Shown here: positions 17,035 to 30,900 of the stretch, in pieces
How positions within the stretch are numbered: position 1 is the first letter of the stretch
Layout of the letters: each line of letters starts with the position of its first letter
Program-made: the position numbers and the translations under genes
DNA from: the human T2T-CHM13v2.0 reference genome, Homo sapiens
DNA: 64,000 nucleotides
Assembly: GCF_009914755.1 (NCBI RefSeq)
Contig: NC_060939.1
Reading direction: 5' to 3' (one strand)
The notes under the pieces: model-generated
What the model saw: the letters and a program-made list of their open reading frames with translations, nothing else
Told to the model about the DNA's origin: nothing
Database searches by the model: none

Positions 17035-18663
17035 TAAGGATCTCAAAGAGGTCAATATGTATATAATCTATTCTTAAAGAAAAATTTTCTCCAATTGTTT
17101 ATTGAAATATCACACAGGCTCTGACTTTGTTTATATCCTTAAAAAGTATGTAGATTTATTTGTAGCTTTTGTAAAGTGAAAGCTCAGAATGTCTACTCTG
17201 TTCTGGTACCACTTTAGTTTAATTGTTGGAAAATATTTAATAAAAATGAATTACTCAACAAATGGAAAATTTGAATTTGCATACTAAATTTTTACTTCAT
17301 ATTATCAACTCTTGAAAAATAAGTGTGTATATTAGAAATGACACTCATTTGACTATACCATAATATATTTCAGACTTTTTGTCTTCAGCTACAGAATTTC
17401 TCCATCCTTTGAATTATGTTAGCGGGCTTTAGTTGGCCAGTATTGGTGATTCGCCTCCACTAATTCACAACTCTATTATTTTACCCCTGGGGATGCATTT
17501 CCATAGTTCTGCCTTGTTATGAGTGTCATTTTTTTCTTCTGTTTTGTTGACTGCCATTCAAATAGTTTTGGCTTTATCAGAGATTTTCACTTTATTGTTT
17601 GTCACCCCCTCATTTTTTTAGCTTCTCATAATTTACTGTATTATATCTGCCTGGGCTTTTGGTTCCTTTACAGATGTGTTTCACTTTATTTTTAGCTTAT
17701 GATACTTCTAAAGTCTGTACCCTTTTAATTTTCACTTGCTTCATCGTCACATTCTTGTGTGTTGTTTTCATTTCAAAATACCAGAAAGTAGGATGTCTCA
17801 GCATCTTGGTGAGTGGAATAGTTTATTTATAATCCAAAAAAACTCCATACTTTTTGTGAGCTATCTGCTTCTAAGTAAAAATTTTATATATAAATTCTTG
17901 AAAAAAAATCTTAAACTTCTAAGGGATTGAATGAGATTTTAAAAAACATTCTATACAACAATGGGTGCAAAATTTGTATTCCTCTACTCAAGAGAAATAA
18001 TGAACATTTGTTATTAGTTTACTAACATCTAAATGTTAATGTATTCAATTATATATTATTAAAACACGATTAAGCTTAATAGGTGGAAAAGTATAAAACA
18101 AACAAGTGTATAATTTACCTTTATTAATATGAAACATCTTTTTCTCTCCTGAAAATAAAGATTAACCAGTGGTGTGCTGGGGCGGGAGGGGGTGTGTTGG
18201 AGGAAGAAAAGGTATGATTTGCCAATTTCAGCACAAAACTGAAAATGCTTATTAACCTTTACTAGCTCCAGATATCTTTTAACATATATTGAAATTTATG
18301 ACCCTTAAAAAGAAAACATATATAGAGATTTTGACAAAACTTTGCAGTTCCACTCATGGATCCTTGTATAAGAATCCCTTTTATATGTGTGTTTGCAATT
18401 TAAAGAGTTCAGACTTTATGATTCACAGGTGACAATTAATGATTTAAAATCAACACTTAGGCTTTTATAATTTGGGAGTCAGGTGTTTAACTGCTGTAGT
18501 ATAACTGCTTCTTCTCAGAGAAACTTAGGAACTAAGACCAGGGAAATGTCCCTTGGTGTGCAACACACCTCTTCTTTCTGAACATGTCGTATAAGAAGCT
18601 AACTTTGTCTCAAAGTTTATATGACTTTTGCATTTGCAGTTACTAGCTATTTTCTTTTGGAAC

Positions 18664-19371
18664 TGTAGGACTTGGAGAACTTTCCCTCTACCCTCTGAAG
18701 GTATGATAACTGAGTCTATGAAATAAATGGATAACAGGCATGTCAAAAGAAGAAAAGGTATACACATTTATTACACGCATGGGGGAATCACAGGAAAGAA
18801 AAGTGGAATCAAAAACAAAACAAAACAAAACAAACAAAACACCACCAAGAAAAAACCCCAGTGAGATTTAGGAGCATATAGGGAAGGCAGGAGGAAGAAT
18901 GTAGGAAACTTAGGGGAGAGCAAATGACTTTTGGGAAAGATGACCAGACCCTTAGGAGAATAGATGATAGTTTGTGGCAGTCTGTCTTGGTGTGGTATGG
19001 ACCCTTAGTCTTGTCTCCTGTGATATAAGGAGTCAATTTTCCCTGGCTGATGAAACTCCTAGGAAGGAGATGAATGTCTTTGTGCTCACAAGACAGTATC
19101 TTGAAGCTTTGTTTTCCAGTTCAGTTCTAAATCTTCAGTGTATAAAAATCTCCTCATCATGCTTTGGATGTTATGGTAGATAAATGGTATCTTTACAAAG
19201 ATACATTCATTCTGGTATTGAAAGTTCCTTTTGGAGGATCTCTCTTGAGGAACGTAAAGGGAGTGCAGAGAAAGCATGTCCCGCATTTGTTGTTTTTCAA
19301 ATATTTTCAGTTCAATGTAATCAGTACACCAAAGTAATCCATTCAGGACTGGCATTTCCTGAACACCTTCA
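18664..19371. mobile_element. Solo ERV1 (MER4-group, MER31-like) LTR carrying an internal 148-bp insertion
   Basis: TG...CA termini with 4-bp TSD GAAC (18660-18663, 19372-19375). Contains MER31-like motifs (CCCTCTGAAGG, GATGAAACTCC, TCCTTTTGGAGGATC). Confidence 0.75.
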
Positions 19372-19971
19372 GAACTCTTTTTGATCCCATGTTATTTCTA
19401 TGAGATCACGTGATTTAAGACCAACTTTTACTTGCCACTTACACATATATTGAAAAGGCAAACTTTCCTTTCATAGTTTGCTAATTTTGGCAAAGTACTT
19501 TAACAAAAGTTAAATTAAATGAGTAAGTGAAATTTTCTGTTCTATTGTTTTGAAAACAATTCTAGAAGCTGTCCTTGTAAGAACAGCAAAAAGAGAAAAA
19601 GATAATTCTCAACTGCTGCTTCAACCATTCTTTGCTTAACAATGAATCTAATTAAAAGGCAAAACTCTCTATTTCAGGTTTATATGTGTCAATTGCTTGA
19701 TTAGAAAGTAAATTATTTACCACATATAATCTGGTGTCAAAAAACTTATAATAAAATTACTTTGATTTTATTGCATATAAGTTTGTGAATTTAAATCTCA
19801 ACTGACAGTGATGAATTTATTTGCTTTGTGCTGACAAGGCAGTATCTTGAAGTTTTGTTTTCCAACTCAGTTCTAAATCTACAGTGTATCAAAATCTCCT
19901 CGTTATGCTTTGGGTGTTATGGTACATAAATGGTATCTTCACAAAGATACATTCATTCTGGTACTGAAAGT
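19078..19971 (+). repeat. Dispersed 148-bp direct duplication (19078-19225 and 19824-19971)
   Basis: Ungapped match with 13 mismatches by my manual count (~91% identity), offset 746 bp. Confidence 0.95.
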
Positions 19972-21319
19972 GCCTACTTAAAATTCTGCATGAACAGTTT
20001 TATTGAAAAAATATGTAGACAAGCCATTAATTATACACAGTGATTTGGAACAAATTCTTACAAGAAGCATAGCGTGTCTTCCATTAACTGTATACAATTT
20101 ATAAAAAGTTACTGAAAGTCTTCCTGAAGTTAAACAATAAATATTTTAAATTTAACCACTGTGCTCCCTCAAAGGTAATTTTTTCTTTATGACACTCACT
20201 TAGGGGATACAGTCAGATCTCAGCCTACTTTAAACAATTAGGCAGTATTTTTAGTGCACTTTTCTGTTTGTTAAAAAGCTAGTTGTCAAGAATAAGTTGC
20301 TCATATATCTTCCTCAATTACTTTTTATTTTGTTTTGTAATTATTATTCTATTTTGGTTTTCCTTTAGAATTGTGAAATATCTTGAATCAGAAATTGCAG
20401 AGAATATATAAATGAGTAAGAATGCACTCTGCAATCAAACTAGATCTCGAAAGTGTTTTGTTGTAGTTTATACCTTGAATTCGAAGGCCATTCTATACAA
20501 GGCACTTGAAAAATTTTCAAGCTCATATATTTCATAATAGTACAGAATTTATTGTTCTTTTATTTGCAAGGAGATAGACCAGATAAAATGTCACTTTATT
20601 TTTTACAATGTTGACTTTGATATTCTAAACTTGTCAGTTTATACAGATTAATGAAGACTCCATACATGTAAAATTCACTATATATTTTTTTCTGGTATGA
20701 GAGTCTAAACAAATAGTAACAACATACCCAAACAGGTAAAGTAAAAATATACAATAGCTTGACAAAAAAAAAGAAGAAAAAATAAACCCCTATACATTCC
20801 TTAACATTTAAATCTTTGAGGACAAAATTGGATTCAAAAGAAACATTTCTGGTGGGCAGGGAAAGGGCTAAAAATCTAAAGTATATAATAAGTAAATTCC
20901 TCATTGGTATAAAATATATGACCAGCATGACATTTCAATACATGTTCAAGTTTTCTGAAAAAAGTTCTAGGATAATAGGATTTCAACTTTTGATTCTACA
21001 GATATCATTCTTGTGATTGGTATGGGAGAATCATCCTCTTCATGTATTAGTGGATTCAAATGAAAAAAAATCAGGCAGCTAGTTCCTTTCCAAGAAGCCT
21101 TAGAGATTGTTGTACATAAAAATAGCCATATTTCTGATTCAAATTTTAATTAGAGAATTCTCTTTATTCCCTCTTCGGCATAAAATTATGCACTGGCACT
21201 CTGCTCTGCAGACAAGTAAAACTTCTTATCTGTCATAATTTGAGATACCCAAGACTCAGAAGATATTATCTCCTAGCTGAAAGTCCCCAAAAACTTCTCA
21301 AGACAAAAAAAAACAAAAA

Positions 21320-21562
21320 GTTAAATACACAGAGATAGAGTATAAAACAGTGGTTACCAGGGGCTGGGGGTGAGAAGAGAAAATGGAGAGAGAGAATTCA
21401 AAGGATGCAAAGTTGCAGATATGTAGAATTAACAAGTTGAGGGATCTAATGTACAACATGAGGACTGTAGGTATTAATATTTATTGTATATGGCATTTAA
21501 CTAAAAGGGTAGTTTGTAGGTACTCTTTCCTCACACACATATCCAAAAGAAAGGTAACTGAG
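21320..21562 (+). mobile_element. L1MA-type (L1MA4A-like) 3' UTR fragment
   Basis: GTGGTTACCAGGGGCTGGGG...GATCTAATGTACAACATGAGGACT...AAAGGTAACT. Confidence 0.7.
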
Positions 21563-21908
21563 ATTTTCAAAGGGAATGCTTCCAGGTTTTGCCCATTCAG
21601 TATGATATTGGCTGTGGGTTTGACATAAATAGCTCTTATTATTTTGAGATACATCCCATCAATATCTAATTTATTGAGAGTTTTTAGCACGAAGGTTGTT
21701 GAATTTTGTCAAAGGGCTTTTCTGCATCTATTGAGATAATCATGTAGTTTTTGACGTTGGTTCTGTTTGTATGATGGATTATGTGTATTGATTTGTGTAT
21801 GTTGAACCAGCCTTGCATCCCAGGGATGCAGCCCATTTGATCATGGTGGATAAGCTTTTTGATTTGCTGCTGGATTCGGTTTGGTAGTATTTTATTGAGG
21901 ATTTCGCA
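21563..21908 (-). mobile_element. Internal L1PA ORF2 (RT) fragment cut by the satellite junction
   Basis: Peptides [19 protein letters not shown] and [18 protein letters not shown]; homologous to ~960-1308 of the first L1. No tail or TSD. Confidence 0.92.
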
Positions 21909-24900
21909 TTCCAATCCACTCCACTCCACTCCATTCTATTCCATTCCATTCCATTCCATTCCATTCCATTCCATTCCATTCCATTCCATCTCATTCCATT
22001 CCATTCCATTCCATTCCATCTCATTCCATTCCATTCCCTTCCACTCAACTCCACTACATTCCACTCTACTCCAGTCCACTACACTCCATTCTATTCCATT
22101 CCATTTCATTCCAATCCATTCCATTCCATTCTTTTATTTCGTCAGGAACTCACTCCGTCACCCAGGCTGGAGTGCAGTGGCACAATGTCAGCCCACATTT
22201 CATTTCAACGTGCCATTCGATTCCATTCCATTCCATTCCATTCCATTCCACACCACTCCACGAAACTCCACTCTACTCCACTCCACTGCATTCCTTTCCA
22301 TTACATCCCATTCCATTCCTCTTCATTCCACTATACTCCACTACACTCCACTCTACTCCACCCCACTCCACCCCACTCCATTCCATTCCACTCTAATCTG
22401 TTCCATTCCTTTCTTTCGATAGGATCTCACCTGTCAACCAGGATGGAGTGCAGTGGCACAATCTCAGCTCACATTTCATTTAACCATTCTATTCCATTCT
22501 ATTCCATTCCATTCAACTACACTCCTCTCCACTCCACTCCACTCCATTCCATTTGAATCCAATCCACTCAACTCCTTTCCATCCCATCCCATTCCATTCC
22601 ACTCCACTCCATTCCACTTCACTCCATTCCATTCCACTCCATCCCATCCCATTCCATTCCACTCCATTTCACTCCACTCCAATCCACTGCATTCTACGCC
22701 GTTCCATTCCACACCATTCCATTCTATTCCTTTCTGTCGACAAGATCTCACTCTGTCACCCAGGATGGATTGCAGTGTCATAATCTCAGCTATCATTTGA
22801 TTTCATGATTCCTTTCCATTCCATTCCATTCCATTCCATTCCATCCCTTCCCATTCCACTCCATTCCACTCCACTCCTCTCCATTACATTCCATTCCATT
22901 CCACTCCACTCCAATCCACTACATTCCACTCCACTCCACTCCATTCCATCCCATTGAATTCCACTCAATTCCACTCCACTCCACTCCACACCACTTCTCT
23001 CCAATCAATTCCATTCCACTCCACCCCACTCCATTCCACTCGACTCCACTCAAATCCAGTCCACTCCACTCCACTCCACCACACTCCATTCCATTTCATT
23101 CCACTCCATTCCATTCCATTCCTTTCTATTCCTTTCTTTCGACAGGATCTCAATCTGTCACCCAGGCTGGCGCGGAGTGGCACTATCTCAGCTCACATTT
23201 AATTTCACCATTACATTCCATTGCATTCCATTCCATTATATTCCATTCAATTCCATTCCATCCCATTTCATTCCAGTCCTATGCACTCCACTCCACTCCA
23301 CTGCACTCCATTCCATTCCACTCAATTCCATTCAATTCCATTCCACGCCACTCCAATCCACTCCACTCCATTCCATTCCATTCCACTATACTCCAATCCA
23401 ATCCACTCCTCTCCACTCCACTCCACTGCATTCCATTCCATTCCATTCCATTCCATTCCATTCCATTCCATTCCATTCCATTCCATTCCATTCCTCTCCT
23501 ATAAATTCCATTCCTTTCCTTCGACAGGATCTCACTTTGTCACCCAGGCTGGAGTGCAGTGGCACAGTCTCAGCTCATATTTCATTTCATCATTCCATTC
23601 CATTCCTTTCCATTCCATTCTATTCCATTACACTAAAATCCACTCTGCTCCACTCCACTCCATTCCATTGTATTCCATTCCATTCCACTCTACTCCACTC
23701 CTCTCCAACCCAATCCACTCCACTCCATCCCATTCCATCCAATTCCATTACATTCCACCCCTCGTCCCTCCATTCCACTCCCCTCCACTTCATACCATTT
23801 GATTCCATCCCATTCCATTCCATTCCACTCCACTCCACTCCGCTCCGCTTGGCTCCACTCCATTATATTCCAATCTATTCCATTCCATTCCTTACATTCG
23901 ATCGGATCTCACTCTGTCACCCAGTCTGGAGTGCAGTGGCAGAATCTCAGTTCACATTTCATTTCACCATTCCATTCCATTCCATTCCATTCCACTCCAC
24001 TCCACTCCACTCCATTCCATTCCATTCCATTCCACTGCATTTCACTCCATGCCACTCCACTCACTGCACTCCATTCCATTCCACTCCATCCCATTGCATT
24101 CCACTCCATTCCACTCCACACCACTCCACTCCACTTAGCTTCACTACACTCCATTCCATTCCATTTCTTTCTTTTGACAGCATCTCACCCTGTCAACCAG
24201 ACTGGCAGACAGTGGCACAAACTCAGTTCACGTTTCATTTCATGTCACCACTCCATTCCATTCTATTCCATTGCCTTCAATTCCATTGCATTCCACTGCA
24301 TTCCATTCCATTCCACTCCACTCCATTCCACTCTACTCCACTCCAATCCACCTCATTCCATTATGCTGCATTCCACTCCAATCCACTCCACTCCATTCCA
24401 TTCCATTCCATTATAATTCAATCCCCTACATTCCATTAATTTCTTTTGACAGTATCTCATGCTGTCACATAGGCTGGAGTGCAGTGGCACTATCTCAGCT
24501 CACATTTAATTTCACAATTCCATTCCATTCCATTCCATTGCATTCCATTCCATTGCATTCCATTGCATTCCATTCCATTGCAATCCATTCCATTCAATTC
24601 CATTCCAAACCATTCCATTCCATTCCTGTGAACTCCAATCCACTCCACTCCACTGCATTCCATTCCATTCCATTCCATTCCATTCCACTCCTTTCCATTC
24701 CATTCCTTTCCTTCAACACAATCTCACTTTGTCACCCAGGCTGGAGTGCAGTGGCACAATCTCAGCTCATATTTCATTTCATCATTCCATTCTATACCAT
24801 TCCATTCCTTTCCATTCCATTCTACTCCATTACACTCCAATTCACTCTACTCCACTCCACTCCATTCCATTGCATTCCGTTCCATTCCAGTCTACTCCAC

Positions 24901-27900
24901 TCCTCTCCACCCCACTCCACTCCACTCCATCCCATTCAATCCAGTTCCATTCCATTCCACTCCTCATCCCTCCACTCCACTCCACTACCCTCCACTTCAT
25001 ACCATCCAATTCCATCCCATTCCATTCCATTCCGCTCCACTCCACTCCACTCCGCTCCACTCTGCTCTGCTCTGCTCCACTCCACTCCACTCCATTTCAT
25101 TCCACTGTATTCCATTCCATTCCTTACGTTCGACAGGATCTCACTCTGTCACCCAGTCTGGAGTGCAGTGGCAGAATCTCAGCTCACATTTCATTTCACT
25201 ATTCCATTCCATTGCATTCCATTCCATTCCATTCCATTCCCCTCCACCCCTCTCCACTGCACTCCACTCCACTCCATTCCATTACATTCCATTCCACTCA
25301 ATTCCACTCCAGTCCACTCCATTCCATCCCACTCCATTCCACTCCACACCATTCCATTCCATCCCACTCCATTCCACTCCACACCATTCCATTCCATTCC
25401 ACTCCATTCCACTCCATTCTGCTCCACTCCACTCCACTCCACTGCACTCCATTCCATTAAATTCCATCCCATTCCATTCCACTCCACATCAATCCATGCA
25501 TCTCCACTCCACTAAATTCCATTCCATACCATTCTTTCAACAGGATCTCACTCTGTCATCCAGGCTGGCGTGCAGTGGCACAAACTCAGCTCACATTTCA
25601 TTTAACCATTTAATTCCATTCCATTCCATTCCATTCCATTCCATTCCATACCATTCCATACCATTCCATACCATTCCATTCCATTCTATTCCACTCTACT
25701 CCACTCCAATCCACTCCACTCCACTCCACTCCACTCCATGTCATTTCCATCCATCCCATTCCATTCCACTCCATTCCACCCTACTCGACTCAAATTCACT
25801 CCACCCCACTCCACTACAAGCCATTCCATTCCATCCCATTTCATTCCACTCCATTCCACTCGACTCCACTCCACTCCATTCAATTCCATCCCATTCTATT
25901 CCATTCCTTTCTTTCGACGGGATCTCACTGTGTCAAAAAACGCTGGAACACAGTGGAACAATCTCAGCTCACATTTCATTTCACCATTCCTTTCCATTCC
26001 ATTCCATTCCATTCCATTCCATTCCATTCCATTCCACTCCATTCCCCTCCACTCCACTCTACTCCCCTCCATTCCATTCCATTCCATTCCACTCCACTCT
26101 ATTCCACTCCAATCCAGCAAATCCATTCCACCGCAATTCACTCCACTCCACTCCACTCCACTCCATTCCATTCCATCCCATTCCATTTCACTCCATTCCT
26201 CTCCACTCAAATCCACTCCACTCCATTCCATTCCACTCCATCCCATTCCTTTCCACTTCATTACGCTCCATTCCACTCCACTCAACTCCATTCCATTCCA
26301 TTCCATTCCATTCCATTCCATTCCATTCCATTCTAATTCACTCCCTTACATTATATTAATTTATTTCAACAGGATCTCACTCTGTCACAGAGGCTGGAGT
26401 GCAGTGGCACTATCTCAGCTCACATTTAATTTCAGAATTCCATTCCACTGCATTCCATTCCATTGCATTCCATGGCATTTCATTCCATTACATTCCATTC
26501 AATTCCATTCCATCCCATTCCAAGGCACGCCTGTGAACTCCACTCCACTGCATTCCATTCTAATCCATTCCATTCCACTCCACTCCACTCCACTCCACTC
26601 TACTCCACTCCATTCCATTCCATTCCATCCCATTCCATTCCACTCCATTCCAATATACTGCACTCCACTACACTCTATTCCATTCCATTGCATTCCAGTC
26701 CTTTCCATTCCATTCCTTTCTTTCAACAGGTTTTCACTCTGTCACCCATGCTGGAGTGCAGTGGCACAATCTCAGCTCATATTTCACTTCTTCATTCCAT
26801 TCTATTCCATTCCATTGCTTTCCATTCCATTCAATTCGATTCCACTACATTCCATTCCACTCCACTCCACTCCTCTTCATTCGACTCCACTCCATTCCAT
26901 TCCATTAAATTCCACTCCATTCTACTCCATTCCTCTCCACCCAACTCCACTCCACTCCATTCAATTCCATCCAATTCCATACCACTCCACTCCTCTCCCC
27001 AACACTCCACTCCACTCCCCTCCACTTCATTCCATTCGATTCCATCCCATTCCATTCCATTTGACTCCACTCCTCTCCACTCCATTCCACTCCATTCCAT
27101 TCCTTTCGTTTCCCCTCCATTCCATTCCACTCCACTCCACTCCATTCCATTCCATTCCATTCCACTCCATTCCGTTCCATTCCTCACATTCGACAGGATG
27201 TCTCTCGGTCACCCAGTCTGGAGTGTAGTGGCAGAATCTCAGCTTACATTTCATTTCACTATTCCATTCCATTCCATTCCATTTCATTCCATTCCACTCC
27301 ATTCCATTCCATTCCACTGCACTCCACTCCACTCCATTCCATTCCATTCCATTCCACGCCAGTCCACCCTATTCCACTCCAATCCACTCCATTCCATTCC
27401 ACTCCATTCCACTCCACACCACTCCACTACAATCAACTCCACTCCACTCCATTCCATTCCATTACTTTCTTTTGATAGCATCTCAACCTGTCAACAAGAC
27501 TGGCGGGCAGTGGCACAAACTCAGCTCACATTTCATTTCACCACTCCATTCCATTCTATTCCATTGCATTCCATTCTATTACATTCCACTGAATTCCATT
27601 CCATTCCACTCCACTCCATTCCACTCTACTGCACTCCAGTCCATTCCACTCCACCTCACTCCATGGCATTCAATTCCATCCCATTCCATTTCACTAAATT
27701 TCACTCTACTCCACTCCAATCCACTCCTCTCTACTCCACTCCATGCCATTCCTCTCCATCCCATTCCATTCCACTGCATTCCACTTGACTCCACTCCACT
27801 TCACTGCATTCCATTCCATACAATTCCACTCCATTCCATTCCATTCCTTTCTTTCCGCAGGAGCTCACTCTGTCACAAAGGCTGGAGTACAGCGGCACAA

Positions 27901-30900
27901 TCTCAGCTCAAATTTCTTTTCACCATTCCATTGCATTCCATTCCATCCAATTCCATTCCACCCTATTTACCTCTAGTCCACTCCACTCCATTCCATTTCA
28001 CTCCATCCCATTCCATTCGACTCCATTTCACTCCACTCCACTCCACTCCACTCCACTCCACTCCACTCCACTCCCCTCCACTCCACTCCACTCCACTCCC
28101 CTCCACTCCATTGCATTCCATTCCATTTAACTCCATTGCATTCCATTCCTTTCTTTCAACAGGATATCACTGTGTCACCCAGGCTGGAGGGCAGTGGCAC
28201 AATCACAGCTCACATTACATGTCAACTTTCCATTGCATTGCATTCCATTCCATTCAATTACATTCCATTCCACTTCATTCCATACCACTCCACGCCACTC
28301 TACTCCACTGCATTCCATTACATCCGATTCCATTCCACTCAATTCCACTCCTCTCCACTCCACTGCACTCCACTACACTCCATTCCACTCCATCCCAATC
28401 CATTCGGCTCCATTCCACTGAACCCCACTCTGTTCCATTCCATTGAACTCCACTCCTCTCCATTCCACTGAACTCCACTGCATCCCACTCCACTCCACTT
28501 CATTCCATTCCATTCCATCCCATTCTATTCCTCGCCATTCCACTCCACTCCAGTCCACTCCATTCCATTGCACTGCATTCCATTCCATTCCTTCCTTTCG
28601 AGGGTATCTCACTCTGTGACCCAGCCTGGAGCACAGTGGCACAGTCTCAGCTCACATTTCGTTTCTCCACTCCATTCCATTCCACTCCATTCCATTCCAC
28701 TCCAATCCAATCCACTCCACTCCACTCCAATCCATGCCACTACACTCCACTCCTCTCCATTCCAGTGCACTCCACACCTGTCCATTCCATCCCATTCCAT
28801 TCCACTCCTTTCCACTCCACTCCATTCCATTCCATTCAACTCCACTCCATTCCATTCTTTCTTTTGACAGTATCTCACTCTGTCACTCAGACTGGTGTGC
28901 AGTGACACAAAAACAGCTCACATTTCATTTCACGATTCCATTCCATTCCATTCCAATCCATTCCATTCCACTGCACTCCACTCCACTCCAATCAATTCCA
29001 CTCCACTCCACTTCCATCCATTCCTTTCCATTCCATTCCAATCCCTTCCATTCCACTCCCTTTCCTTCGACAGGATCTCCCTCTGTCACACAGGCTGTAG
29101 TGCAGTGGCACAATCTCAGCACACATTTCTTTTCACCATTCCATTGCATTCCATTCCATTCCATTCCATTCCATTCCATTCCATTCCATTCCATTCCATT
29201 CCATTCCACTCCACTCCTCTCCACTCTTTTCCACTCGACTCCACTCCATTCCATTCCACTCTACTCCACTCCCCTCCATTTCATTCCATCCCATTCCATT
29301 CCACTCCTTTCCACTCCACTCCACTGAACTGCCTTCCATTCCATTCCATGCCATTCCATTCCAATATTTTCTTTTGACAGGATCTCACTCTGTCACCGAG
29401 GCTGGAGTGCAGTGGCACAATCTCAGATCACATTTCATTTCACCATTCCATTCCATTCCATTCCAATACATTCCATTCCATTCCATTCATTCCATTCTAT
29501 TCCATTCCCCTCCATTCCGTTCCATTCCACTCCACTCCACTCCATTTTATTCCATTCTACTCCATTCCATTGCATTCCTTTATTTCGAATGGATCTCACA
29601 CTGTCAAAAAGACTGGAGTGCAGTGGCAAAATCTTAGCTCACATTTCATTTTTCCATTCCATTCCATTCCATTCCATTCCATTCCATTCCATTCCATTCC
29701 ACTCGACTCCACTCCACTCCACTCCATTCCATTCCACTCCACTCCACTTCACTCCACTCCATTCCATTCCATTAAATTCCATTATATTCCAGTCCACTCC
29801 ACTCCATGCCACCCCATTACACTCCACTCCACTCTACTCCATTCCACTCCACTCCTTTAGGTTACACTCCATTCCACTTCATGCCACTCCATTCCACTGC
29901 ACTCCTCTCCACTCCCCTCCATTTTACTCCACTCCACTCCATTCCATTCCACTCCACTCCACTCCACTCCACTCCACTCCATTCCATTCCATTCCAATCC
30001 ATTCCACTCCATTCTATTCCACTCGACTCCACTCCAATCCATTCCACTCCACTCCATTCCATTCCACTCCACTCGAATCCAGTCCACTCCACTCCATTCC
30101 ATTCTATGACATTCCATTCCATTGCTTTATTTTGACTGGATCTCACTCTGTCACCCAGACTGGAGTGCAGTGGCACAATGTTAGCTCACATTTTACTTCA
30201 CCATTCCATTCCATTCCATTCCATTCCACCCCATTCCGTTCCATTCTCTTCTTTCAACAGGATATCACTGTGTCAAAAAAGGCTGCAATACAGTGGCACA
30301 ATCTCAGCTCACATTTTATTTCAGCATTCCATTATATTCCTTTCCTTTCCATTCCATTACATCCCACTCCACTCCATTCCATTCCACTCCAATCCCCTCC
30401 CCTCCCCTCCCCTCCCCTCCATGCCATTCCATACCATCCCATTCCATTGCATTCTACTCCATTCCACTACACTCCAATCAACTCCACTCCATTCCACTTC
30501 ACTTCAATCCACTCCACTCCATTCCATTCCATCCCATTCCATTTCACTCCATTCCTCTCCACTCCACTCCATTAATTCCACTCAATCCTAGTGCATTCCA
30601 CTCCATTCCACTCCATTCCACTCCACTCCACTCCATTCTATTCCATTCCTTTCCATTTCACTCCATTCCATTCCATTCCGTTCCTTTCTTTCGACAGGAT
30701 CTCACTCTGTCACCCAGGCTGTAGTGCAGTGGCACAATCTCAGCTCATATTTCATTTCCCCTTTCCATTTCTTTCCATTCCATTCCATTCTGTGCCATTC
30801 CACTCCACTCCACTCCACTCCACTCCACTCCATTCCAATCCACTGCACTCCACTCCATTCCATTCCATTCCATTCCATTCCATTCAACCCCATTCCGTTC

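Noticed and set aside
18165-18240. Possible hAT-Tip100-type terminal motif (CAGTGGTGTGCTGG)
   Set aside because: Too short and degenerate to call, and I found no matching second end.
21563-21908. Local duplication of 960-1308
   Set aside because: The similarity reflects two separate L1PA copies with many differences, not a segmental copy.
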